Positions 1-11,083 of a stretch of 64,000 nt of DNA are shown one piece after another. The notes under the pieces were generated by a model. The model worked only from the letters and a program-made list of their open reading frames with translations, was not told the DNA's origin and did no database searches. Position 1 is the first letter of the stretch, and every line of letters begins with the position of its first letter. The stretch is from assembly GCA_009103225.1 (NCBI GenBank), contig RHPI01002533.1:523368-587367 (forward strand), written 5' to 3'. This DNA comes from Chlorokybus atmophyticus. Taxonomy: Eukaryota > Plantae > Mesostigma and Chlorokybus algae. The position numbers and the translations under genes are program-made.

Positions 1-281
1 GCTCAGATAAGGTACCTATTGATAAGGTACCTATCGAAAGATACCTATCATAAGGTACCTAACGAGATTGTGATTACATTTTATCAAATGTCACACTACA
101 TAGGCTTGAGTAAGCGTTTCTACACCCATTGAGACTTTTTTAAGCTATGATAAAGCATCATAGCCTTTGATTAGCGAGGCACCGTAGAAAAGAGGTATAA
201 ATAAGCATAATTAAAAACTAATTCATACAGAATGTGTTATTTTGTAGCAATAATACCCCTATTATTATTGCTCCCGTTACA
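1..281 (-). mobile_element. Partial 3' LTR of a Ty3/Gypsy chromovirus (runs off the window edge), preceded by a polypurine tract
   Basis: The minus strand reads AAGTGGGGGGGGA (PPT, about 282-294) directly followed by TGTAAC at 281, downstream of the integrase-chromodomain ORF. Confidence 0.7.
6..63. repeat. Four imperfect ~14-15-nt tandem copies of GATAAGGTACCTAT within the LTR
   Basis: gataaggtacctatt / gataaggtacctatc / gaaagatacctatc / ataaggtacctaac read directly at 6-63. Confidence 0.85.
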
Positions 282-428
282 TCCCCCCCCACTTAGGTTT
301 TTAACGTCCTCGTTGAACTCAAGTTGATCAGGCCTAATTTCAAGTAATTGTAACCAATAACATAGCAGGAAATGACAGGGTGGTAATGAAACTGCACTGC
401 CAGTCTGTCATCAACCAAGCCCACAATT

Positions 429-915
429 TCACGGGTCGGGATGTGTGTCCCAATAAGCTCGAAGCAACTTGCGGCAGTGCGTAAGATGCCTGTCGGGCTC
501 CCAACTGTTATGTTCCGGGCTATACCCTTTCCATTTCACCAAATAGCGGGTTGCGCGTCCCCGACTATTCAGCTTATGGTTAAAAATAGTTTCCACCTCG
601 TATTCGAGCTCGCTGTTCACCTCAACCGGTGGTGGTGGAGGCTGTGTTCTATCGTCTGAGCGGTATGGTTTTAACAAGTTCACGTGGAACACGTTGTGTA
701 TACGCACACTTGGGGGCAATTGCAGTCGATAAGCGTGCGTACCAACTTTATCAGTGATACAGAAAGGACCTAGCCATCGGGGCAGCAACTTGCGAGCACC
801 CGTACCTTTGATGGTCATGTTCTTTGCGTTAAGCAAAACTCTATCGCCGACATGGAAAGTGGCCATTCTTCGATGTGTATCAGCATAAGCTTTTTGCCTG
901 TCATTGTGCTTGCCA
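429..915 (-). pseudogene. Ty3/Gypsy integrase C-terminus (GPY/F, SH3-like) plus chromodomain, 5'-truncated
   Basis: DRQKAYAD..F.VGDRVLL..KLLPRWLGPF.I....AYRLQLP...IHNVFHV.LLKPY, then the chromodomain EYEVETI..H....RYLVKWKGY...NSWEP. Confidence 0.92.
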
Positions 916-920
916 GTGCA

Positions 921-1400
921 TGTCACAGTTGGTCACTGTACGGCTTGCCTGTTGCATGCCTGTGACATACCTGTGACTTGCCAGCTGCTTATCTGGGTCG
1001 CTTGACCCGGGTCTGCAAGTTCCGAACCAAGCTGTTTCCAAACCCTCCCTCTCTGGCTTCGGCCTAGAGATCGGGACTTGGTTATGACAGTTTTGGGGAA
1101 GTTGTGCGGTGAGCGTCATGGCAGCCGTGCATGACTCACATACCTATAAGTGCGCATTCTGTTCCCAAACTCTATGAGCCAAAAAGCCTCCCCCTCTGGC
1201 TTCAGCCTGGAGATTAGGACTTGGTTGAGGACAACACCGGGTTGGGACATTTTGATCCCATTCAGACTTTAGATCAAGCCTTCCTGGTTTTGGGATTGGT
1301 TTGGACTTCGTTTGGGACTTGAGCAACTTGGGGTCATTTTTTTCCTCTCGTTGAACCTGGTCCGTTGGTGAGGTTCTCACCATCCCATTTTGCCTGTTTT
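921..1400 (+). mobile_element. Putative 5' LTR/leader of Gypsy element B, containing a 41-nt imperfect direct repeat
   Basis: Begins TGTCAC where the chromovirus integrase is cut. 1043-1083 and 1186-1226 match at 35/41 nt. It lies directly upstream of a gag. No second LTR or TSD was found. Confidence 0.35.
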
Positions 1401-1409
1401 TGCAGACAA

Positions 1410-3018
1410 ATGGAAGAGAACTCGGTGCCCACCTCGAAGAGGAAAAGCTCGCAAAAAGAGCAATTATCCCGTGAGGAGGAGTTTCCATCCATGGAGGATA
1501 TTGCCAACCCGGATGATGCACCTAATGAGTCTCATGCTGCTAAGGATGTGGATGCCTTGGTGGAACCAGACGGGCCACCACCACCACCACCACCATCATT
1601 CGTGCAGCCTGAAATCTCAATTTGCCTTACGAAACAGGAGCTGATGGACCACTTTCTTAGCATCTATGATGAGGAGCCTCGTGAGGCGATTGTCTCGCTC
1701 ATCAACTTTCTCTTTCATGTGGCGGAAACGATCTCAAAGCTCACCACCTTTATGGGGTGAGATTGGGAGGGATCGATGGGTGAAGGCAAACGTGTTCTGA
1801 ATATGATCGAGCGCCTTTAACGCTCTGACAGTGGTCCACCTGTTCAGGCGCTCGCTCGTCCTGCCGAGTTTGTTCCCAGCAAGCAAGCGACAATTTTCGA
1901 CTGACTCGTGAAGCTGAAGAGACACTATGTCAACTCCCTTCACAATTCTGAGGAGGGGAAGTTGCGTGTAGTTGAGTTGCTCATTTCAAACGATGCTCTG
2001 GTCGAGTGGTACCGTCTTAAGCAACGTGATACGAACCTCGGGCGGGAAGTAAATCAATTGTGCTCTTTCATGGAGCAGCGCTATGGCGGTGCGGATCCTG
2101 CCCAGGTTGCTTGCAACCAGCTGCACAATCTGCGTCAGCACGGGCGCTTGGTCTAGCTGTATATCCAGGACTTCCAGTCTTTTGTCAGCAAGATCAATGC
2201 TGGCAAACTGCCCAGCAGTAATGCTGGTCAGCTGGATATGTTCAGGCGTGGCTTGGACACAGATCCCGTGCAGCATGTGACCGTCAACCCCGCGAGTTTG
2301 CAAGAGTGTCTCGACGGATTTGCCAATGCTGATGCAGATGGTTGCTGTTGTGGACAGTGGGAAGCGCTCGCATGCAAACATGCAAACATCAGCCAAAGAG
2401 GCAGCTCCGGCTTCAGCTGCAAAGCGCCCGGCCACTAACAACAAACCTTTTGTTAAAAAGGCCAAAATATCTCAGCCTGCTGGCCCCTACAGCGCGGCTA
2501 AATCCACCATCACTTGCAATTCCTGCAAGAAGACAGGTCATGTGGAGGCCAAGTGCTATGCAAAGCAGAATGCACAGAAGGCCAGCAGCAGAAGGACAAG
2601 AAATAGGAATTGTTCGTGGTTGGTAGCTTAGTCGAGCAGAACGACGTTAAAACCTTTGTACTTCCTAATAAAGTTTCCTCTCTTTGTGATGTATCAGATG
2701 TATGGACTTATATGAGCACACCACCTGTGTTGACAAATGCAAACGGTCGTGTTTTAATCAATGCTCCATTCTCTGAATTGGTAGCTGCTGTTAAGCACTT
2801 ACACGAGTTGCAATTACAACATGCTGTCACTGCATGTGTAGTTATCGAGCAAATACGTGCACCCTTTGTAAGGGTAAACGTAAGGTGACGTTAACCGCAC
2901 TTGTACTCGCACGTGTTGCTCGCGACAATGTTCCGCTTCTCTCTGCTATGCAACTGAAACGTTGCATGCGTAAACGTGAGGAAGTATATTTGATGCACTT
3001 ACGCCAGGTAGAGACACC
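1410..3018 (+). pseudogene. Gypsy element B: gag + CCHC zinc knuckle + degenerate Dam-like domain + PR-RT linker (protease missing)
   Basis: FMEQRYGGADP..ACNQLHNLRQ aligns with FLVERYGGMDP..ARNKLTNLRQ of element C. The knuckle reads CNSCKKTGHVEAKC. RVLINAPFSEL follows, then TCTLCKGKRKVTL..LLSAMQLKRCMRK..YLMHL, matching the linker of element D. Stops and frameshifts are present. Confidence 0.75.
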
Positions 3019-4100
3019 TGTTGAACCACTATTGCTACCACTACCACTACTGCTACTACTACCTTAAGTACTACTGCTAGTACTACCCTTGTACTGAGCT
3101 GCGGCTCCTGCACCGCCCGCTCCAGCTCCGCCGCCGCCATTCCTTCTCCGCTGCCGCTGCCGTCGCCTGGCCTGGTCTGGCCTAGCCTGGCCTGACCTGG
3201 CCGCCCTAAGGCAAGGAGGGTGGTTAGATGGCATGCGGTTGCGCGTAGTACAACGTTGGACTGCAACCAAGCTCACCTACTGTTAGCCGTTGCCGCCGCC
3301 GCCGCCGCCCACAACGCTCTGTTCAACTTGAAGCCGTTGAGCGTTTGAATAACTTGGGCAGCCCAAGTTATTCAAACGCGTTGTCGAAACGTGACTCGCA
3401 ACATTATCGTATTATTATAATGGTACGAAAGTCCCATTGTTGCAATGGCACTATCGTACCATTTGTATGGTACGATAGTGCTTTTGCGACAATTCGTACC
3501 ATTGACATAGTACGGCGGCTGCATTGTAGCAGCGTCTCGACTTGGCGGCCGGTACCACCGTCCCGACTTGCCAACCTTTAGGGACCGGCGGTCACTTGCT
3601 TATCATACTTGATATACAGTAAGTAGGTCGCCGCCGCGTTAAGTGCACGACCGGCGATCGACCGTCACTTAATAACCGCGATAAGGTCACCTGCTAGGGA
3701 CTAACGGTGACTGGCTTGCCAACGTAGGCAGGCCGTCGCGCATACTGTTCGACGGTCAGGGTACAACCGACGGTCGGCCGTCATGTATGTGACCGAAACG
3801 TGACTTATTTGCTATACAGATAGGTCGCCATCGCGCAAATGGGATGACCGACAATCGGCCGTCACCTTAAAGTGCGGTGTTGCCGTCACAGGCAGGCCGC
3901 CATCGATTGCATTTATCGGTCGACCGCTTGACGTCGGTATATATTGCTTGATAGTAACAGCCGTCCTAAAAAGTCCCTTTATTGACGAATCCGTTACGTC
4001 AGGTAGGGTCAGGCACCCGTCAGTCCCTCAATCCCTTATCAGTCACTGTGTAAAATTTGCGACGCTGTCCCCGTCTCACGCTTTGTAGATTGTTTCAACA
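3019..4100 (-). mobile_element. 1082-bp LTR, probably the 3' LTR of minus-strand element C, inserted into element B
   Basis: Termini TGTTGAA...TTCAACA form a 7-bp inverted repeat. On the minus strand it is preceded by GGGGGGGGCACTG (PPT-like, 4101-4113). It contains internal imperfect repeats and perfect hairpins. The flanks (ACACC / CAGTG) are not a TSD, so it is not a clean solo LTR. Confidence 0.65.
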
Positions 4101-4113
4101 CAGTGCCCCCCCC

Positions 4114-4535
4114 NNNNNNNNNNNNNNNNNNNNNNNNNNNNNNNNNNNNNNNNNNNNNNNNNNNNNNNNNNNNNNNNNNNNNNNNNNNNNNNNNNNNNNN
4201 NNNNNNNNNNNNNNNNNNNNNNNNNNNNNNNNNNNNNNNNNNNNNNNNNNNNNNNNNNNNNNNNNNNNNNNNNNNNNNNNNNNNNNNNNNNNNNNNNNNN
4301 NNNNNNNNNNNNNNNNNNNNNNNNNNNNNNNNNNNNNNNNNNNNNNNNNNNNNNNNNNNNNNNNNNNNNNNNNNNNNNNNNNNNNNNNNNNNNNNNNNNN
4401 NNNNNNNNNNNNNNNNNNNNNNNNNNNNNNNNNNNNNNNNNNNNNNNNNNNNNNNNNNNNNNNNNNNNNNNNNNNNNNNNNNNNNNNNNNNNNNNNNNNN
4501 NNNNNNNNNNNNNNNNNNNNNNNNNNNNNNNNNNN
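4114..4535. other. Assembly gap (N run)
   Basis: Contiguous N characters. Confidence 0.99.
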
Positions 4536-5685
4536 CCCGAGTATGCTGTAGCCACGGTCCATGATACTTGGGCACCATGACAACCACACTCAGTGTTGTA
4601 TGTTTACTTTGTAACTTACACAATGTGCGCAAAACTTCTGTTAGCACGTTAAACTCTACATGCACTAGCACACAAGCATTGTCATCCACTTTTTCAATAT
4701 CAAAAAGTGGCAGCTTACACTAGAGACAATTCATCAAAAACCGGTTTGCTGTATGTAACACTAGCAACTGGCCAGCAGATGAAGGTACATCAGTCACGTC
4801 GTAACCTATTTACCTTCTTGGCCTTGCCCTTCCCCTTGGTTGGGCAGTTCTTCGCAATGTAACTTGGCTGATGGCACACGTAGCAGGCGCGTGCTGCAAT
4901 AGGCGTCGCACCACTCGCAGGTGCGTATGAGGTCTTGGCCTTTTTCGCCGCATGCGCATTGAGTGGAGGGAACCGCTTCCCCCCTCCTCCATGTGGCTTG
5001 ACTAAAGCCACCACCTGTGACTTGTTCTGCACAGCCGCAGCATTGTTGTTGAACAGATACACACTCAACCTCTGCAAGGTTGCGAGGTCCGCTGGAACTC
5101 ATGGTTGCCCCGTCGACGTGTTGTACTGCAATTGGTCGCGCAAGCGCGCATCCAAGCTGCGCTTGTACAGATCAAACTGCTCAGCCTTGTCCATGGGCAT
5201 GAGCTCACTGTTGACACGGCCAACAAGTGCCTGGAACTCCTGCAAGTACACTGAAGCCGCCCGACCATTCTGTCGCAGATTGGTAAGCTTGTTGCGAGCA
5301 GTAGTAGCCGGGTCCATGCCACCATAGCGCTCCACCAAGAACCGAAACAATGCCTCCACAGTCTTGGAAGCACCATCCTCTGTTTGACGTGCCCACTCGG
5401 CCAAAGCGTCAGGTGGCATGAGCAACTCAGCAACAGATGTATGCTCATTAACTGGTTGCTGAAGTGCAGCCAAGTAGTGCTTCACATTCACCACCCAATC
5501 ATGAATGTTCACAGCCCCATTGGGCTTGAACTTCTCGGGCTTGTTCAGCGTTGTGACGGGTAGGCCAACTGATGTCCCTGCTACAGTTGTGGTAGCCCCG
5601 GCCACCTGCTGGTGTAATGCCACCAACTCGGACTGCATAGCATCGAGGCGTTCAGTCAAGCGCTTTTCTCGAGTTAACTTCATCG
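4536..5685 (-). pseudogene. Gypsy element C: gag + zinc knuckle + degenerate Dam-like domain
   Basis: [45 protein letters not shown] (retrotransposon Gag), knuckle CYVCHQPSYIAKNC, then VLVHVEFNVLTEVLRTL..TLSVVVMVPKY..PW running into the gap. Confidence 0.8.
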
Positions 5686-7765
5686 TAGTACCCATCGACA
5701 TAGTTGGTGTTGATGTGATATTTGGCCAAGAATGGCACGACCAAGTGTCTATGACATTAGATACTGCTGCACGGTTGTGCACAGTAAAGAAAGGGCGTAA
5801 GCGCATCACTTTGTCCGTGCGGAGGTCGCATAGCTTGGAATACAAGCAAACGGACCCTGCGTTAATTACGGCGCTTCAAGTGAAGCGTGCGTTACGTAAA
5901 AACACACCTGCTTTTCTAATGCACTTAACGTCGAGTGATGATGTAATGCCTGGCAATACAGAAGGTGTGACGGACATCATTGAGAAATTTCAGGATGTGT
6001 TCTCAGATGAGTTGCCGGGCTTGCCCTCTGATCGAGGTGTCGGACACACAATACCTTTAATTCCTGATAGTGAGCCTCCAGTTCGGCCTATATATAGGTT
6101 GAGCCCTCGTGAGAGGGGGGAAATGGAAACACAGATGAAAGAGTTATTGGAAAAGGGATTGATTGAACCAAGTTCTTCACCCTTTGGCGCACCGATATTG
6201 TTTGTTATGAAAAAGAATGGGAAAATGCGCATGTGTGTGGATTATCGTGCTTTAAACAAGATCACGGTAAAGAACAGATACCCGTTGCCAAGGATTGATG
6301 ATGTGTTTGACAAGTTGTCAGGGAATGTGTAACAATTGGGGCCCGACCACTAGGCTATGGTAGTAAAAGACACTTCAATGAGTGAGGTCTGTCACAGTTT
6401 ATCCCAATTCGTGACATTCCTCCCCAATTTTACCCATGAGTTCCTCATAATCCAATAAGGCACTAGCCCACGTCGCCGTGTTCGCGGCCGTACCACGATT
6501 GGTCTGCCCGCGGCCTGTTGGATCCGGCCCACGAACAGCCCTGACCGACCGAACGGCCATCCTTACCGCATGACCCGCCATTTCAGCGCGACCGCTCACG
6601 CGGCCTTAGGTTGAACTGGCTCGGCGCGCAGGTCGTAATCCCGCGCCCAGCCTAGGGCAAGCCGCCCCACATGATTTTGTTTTTGCCTTGGATCTGCCTC
6701 AGTCCCCCACGGGAATTGAACCTGAGACGCCAAGCTACGTTACCATTGTAACAATTGGGGCCCGACCACTAGGCTATGGTATTAAAAGACACTCCCATGT
6801 GTGAGGTCTGTCACAATTTATCCCAATTCGTGACAGAATGCGTACTTTAGTACGCTAAACTTAACAAGCGGCTAGCATCAAATCCGTATTCATCCTTCGG
6901 ATGTCTATAAGACAGCATTCAGGACACCTACGGGCCAATATCAATACAAAGTGTTACTTTTCGGCTTGACTAATGCACCTACTGTGTTTCAGAAGGAAAT
7001 GAATAAAACTTTTGGTGATATGCTTGGTCAACATGTTATGATATACTTGGATGACATCATTGTCTGCAGTAAAACAAAGGAAGAACGTAGGCAACACTTG
7101 GAAGCGGTGTTTGCAAGATTGCGCAAGCTACTTTGTTGGCAAATCTCACCAAGTGTGATTTTTGTACAACAGAGTTGCCCTTTCTTAGTCACATTGTGAG
7201 TGGTGCGGGTATCAAACCTGACCCTCGCAAAGTGCAGATTGTAAAAGAGTGGCCCCAGCCTCAGAATGTCCATCAACTAAGGTCGAGAGTTGGCAAACTA
7301 CTTTCGCAAGTTCATGATGGGGTACTCGACAGTTGTCATGCATTTGACCAAACTGCTGCGTAAAGATGCCCCGTTCATTTGGACAACAACACAAGAAGCT
7401 GCTATGCAGAAGGTGAAGTTGGTTATAACATCGGCGCCGGTGTGAGCACTGCCATATTGGGACAAACACTTCACAGTGGTCAGTGACGCATCAACACTTG
7501 GGTGTGGTGCGGTACCGTTGCAAGATGGTAGACCTTGTGCTTATGAGAGTAGGTAGTTCATTCCTGCAAAGGTGAACTACACTACGACAGTCTCAAGAGC
7601 ACGAACTATTGGGTATAGTTCCTGCTCTTGAGACATGGAGATGTTACTCAAAGGGTGTTCACTTCAATGTTGTGACTGATCACAACTCGTTGGTGTATTT
7701 CTCAACGCAGCAAAACAGCAAGCGCGCTGGAATGAGTTTTTGTCCAGGTTCACCTTTGAACATAA
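5675..7765 (+). pseudogene. Gypsy element D pol: protease C-terminal half, reverse transcriptase, RNase H (split by a TRIM; stops and frameshifts)
   Basis: [15 protein letters not shown] (PR). [51 protein letters not shown] and YLDD (RT). DAS..G.GAV..Q.GRP.AYES and TDH (RH). Confidence 0.93.
6328..6835 (-). mobile_element. TRIM (terminal-repeat retrotransposon in miniature): 508 bp, 89-bp LTRs, 5-bp TSD GAATG
   Basis: LTRs 6328-6416 and 6747-6835 (TG...CA, 5 mismatches). TSD GAATG at 6323-6327 and 6836-6840. PPT GGGGAGGAA abuts 6416 on the minus strand, and a TGG-starting PBS-like site abuts 6747. Removing it rejoins the RT sequence LSGN|AYF. Confidence 0.93.
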
Positions 7766-7769
7766 CCCC

Positions 7770-8940
7770 ACCCAGGATTACATTTTAGTTGAATGGGAAA
7801 ATGCTTTACGTTGCGGCAAGCCAATGTTAACAGCAGCTGCAAGGGGCTAGCCTAGGTATAGACCAATTTTGGTAATAATGGTTTGCAAAGCTACATGGTT
7901 ATGCTTTCGCAGCAGCATGACATAAAGGTGGCTATCAGCGCCACGGTATTTCACCGCCAACCCAATAATAAATGCAGCCACCGTTCGTCATAAAACAAAG
8001 TAAAGTTGTGAACATCATGTTGTAACGGTTATTCCAAGATACATGATTCAATATTGCATCAGCGTTTAAAACAGGTAGTGTACGCAAATATCGTTATATT
8101 GAGGGTAATGCACACCCGTATGGTGTATAAACACATCATGTCAATAGCCTGTTTGAAATGTATATGGTATCCATTGGATACATCAAAACCATATTATGTC
8201 TCCATATAACATTAACTTGTGCAATCCCATTTTATACATAACATGCGCAATGTCAATTTTTAAGGCATGGATTGTATTGAACTTCAAGAGTTTTTACCAT
8301 AGCAATGACAATATATGTTTTAAACCCTATTACTCACGTTCAAAGTGTGTCAACTAATGAGAAACCAATTGTAAATAGTACGCTATTATACTCGCATATG
8401 TAATATGTGCAAGTGGTATCGCCCAAGTGGTTTTTGAAAACAATATGCACCCCGTCACCGCTTGGCTTAACTTAGCAAATAAAACTGATAACGCCACATT
8501 ATTGATATACATAACGTAGTATAAGTGATGACATATTCAAGTGTGTGGCGCTTTCTCGTGCAACTTGATCATGTCACGACATTGTCCATGCCGTGGTACC
8601 ACCATGTTATCATGCAAACTTCTAGAGCAAGAATTGAATTAGTGCAGAACGCTTAGCAGAAACACTGCCAAGCACTCCAATAAGTGTACAGAAGCTTTTA
8701 CGCTTCATATGTGTATGACATCTCTCATGTATGTGCACCCTTGAGGTGCAAATGATGACATTACTGCCGATCATGACCGGTCTGCCATATAGTATAGGTG
8801 CATGTGGGCAGTACAATTGCTATTAGTACTATAGTACACGCTGATTGCATGCGTGTAGCAATCGTACTGTGCTGCTGTTATGCCACTGCTGAACAGACAT
8901 GGCTATGCATTCATGTAAATTTGCGAACAATCGATGAGGA
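7770..8940. other. AT-rich non-coding island of unknown origin
   Basis: Visibly lower GC than the flanking genes, no credible ORF, and it abruptly replaces the Gypsy pol. Confidence 0.4.
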
Positions 8941-8944
8941 GCAC

Positions 8945-9266
<322 letters not shown>

Positions 9267-9320
9267 NGACAGTGCTAACCTACAACAAACCCTAGTGTAC
9301 AACAGCACCCGCATGCTTCT

Positions 9321-10870
9321 CTACAGCCGTGACTGCATGCCACCAGATACAACAAGCGTTTCTCCTGTAATGTACGATGCGTCGTCTGAACACAAAAATG
9401 CAGCAGCACCAGCCATCTCCTCAGCCAGTCCCAACCTTCCCAACAGAGTAGATGCCTCACGCTCAACCCGCTGTACATCGCGCGAGCAACAGTGTTCAGG
9501 GCACCAAGCTTGCCGTGCATAGCAACCACTTGAGTCTCAAGTGCAAAGCAAGTTGCAACACACCTGCTTCTCATCGCTGACGAGGGCAGCGGCAAACTTG
9601 GTCTTCACGATGCCAGGCGCGAGACAGTTCACTCGCGTGTTGGGTGCAAGTTCTTCAGCCAGCGCCTGCAGAGCAGAGCAGTGGTGTCATGGCAATCCAC
9701 GCCGTTATTACAAAGACTGCATCGGGTAGCAACACACCTTGGTCAGGCCCAGCAGCGCCGTCTTGCTGACAGCATACATGCCAAGCGGGGCTGACGGGGA
9801 GTAGCCGGTGACACTGGATACCAAGAGAATGGACGCTCGCTCGCTGAGATGGTTAGCAGCGTCCTGCAAAGTGATTATGTGAGACTCAGCTGATTGACAA
9901 TTGCAAAGCAAGAAGGCAACAAGCCCTGCAGTCTAGCTGCTTGAGCAAAATGTACTGAGAGCGACTGAGTGCGCAAGTGAGTAGTCAACCATATGCTGTT
10001 CACCCTGATCAGAAGAACGGCAGCCTTGATGTTGACTTCAAGGATCTTGTCGATAGCGTTCTCAGACATCTGCAATATTGGTCCAGACGCTGGATTGACC
10101 GCTGCATTGGACACGAGGATATCGATCTTTCCATATGTCTGCAAGCATAGTGCAACGGAGTTTGGTTGAAGAGTTTGCACGCTGGTGAGGAGGAAGCACC
10201 CGCAGCGAGTCTAAACCTAGGTGACTAAAACAAGTGACTTTCTCACACCTCAACAGCAGTCGCTATGAGTTGCTTGCGCTGGTCAGCAGAAGCCACATGA
10301 CACACTTCGCCGGTGACTTCAATGCCCTCTTTGCGCAGTAGCGTGACAGTTTCATCGACAGCAGCCTGAGAAATCAGTTCATGAGGGACAGGGCGTTGCT
10401 GGTCAGCTGCACAACTTGCTGTTACAGCGACATGGACAAGCTGTGCAACCGTGTCTCAGCTACTAGTTTTTACAATATGATACATATCAAGCGGGCATGC
10501 TCTTGAGATGGAGGCATTGCTCGCTGTTGGTACGTGGTGGACTTAGCATGCACAGTCGTGCATGCAGCTTACAACTGAAAACGACGCAAGCCATTGCGTA
10601 AGCGCAGATATGCTTCCAGGACGCAACATCAAACTGTACGCAAACAATATTACGTGCTGTGCAGCATGCATGTGCGCTGCACAGACCACTTGCATTGGAG
10701 AACAGCTATTGCGTTCGCACCTGCTTTCGTGAGGACACAACCACCTTTGCTCCCTCCTGCCCGAGTCGCCGGGAAATAGCAAGCCCAATACCCGCAGTGG
10801 AAGCGGTCACGACGGCAACCCGGCCCTCCATCCGCCGCCCGCCGGCGGCAGCGCCGCCCACCCCACCCAT
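9321..10870 (-). CDS. Short-chain dehydrogenase/reductase, DHRS4 / plant SDRa (IBR1)-like, multi-exon, probably peroxisomal
   Basis: MEGRVAVVTASTAGIGLAI..RL.QEGAKVVVSSRKQ; GKIDILVSNAAVNP; catalytic YAVSK; RVNCLAPG; ASYITGETLVVSGGMQSRL* with an SRL PTS1-type terminus. The start is at 10870 or 10831. Confidence 0.9.
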
Positions 10871-11083
10871 GTCGCTCACATGCACAACTCTGTGCTTTGC
10901 TGCTGCGTTATGCCCAGCGGAATGCACCGACACTGCGCGAGCGTATTGTCAGCACAGTGCGCATTCGACTCCATGTGCAATGCTTGTGCACCGACACTGC
11001 TAACAGTCGATGGACAGCAGCGCAGCCAGTTCAGAGACTCCTCAGCGGCGGCGGTGGCGGCGGGTTGGCTGTGTAGGTGAGCG

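Noticed and set aside
4039-4689. ORFs spanning the N gaps (also 23758-24809)
   Set aside because: They are open only because N codons contain no stops.
6328-6835. Direct repeats read as a CRISPR array (also the 79-bp pair at 59590-59750 and the repeats at 6-63)
   Set aside because: There is no repeat-spacer periodicity and no cas genes, and the context is eukaryotic. The first pair are TRIM LTRs with a TSD.
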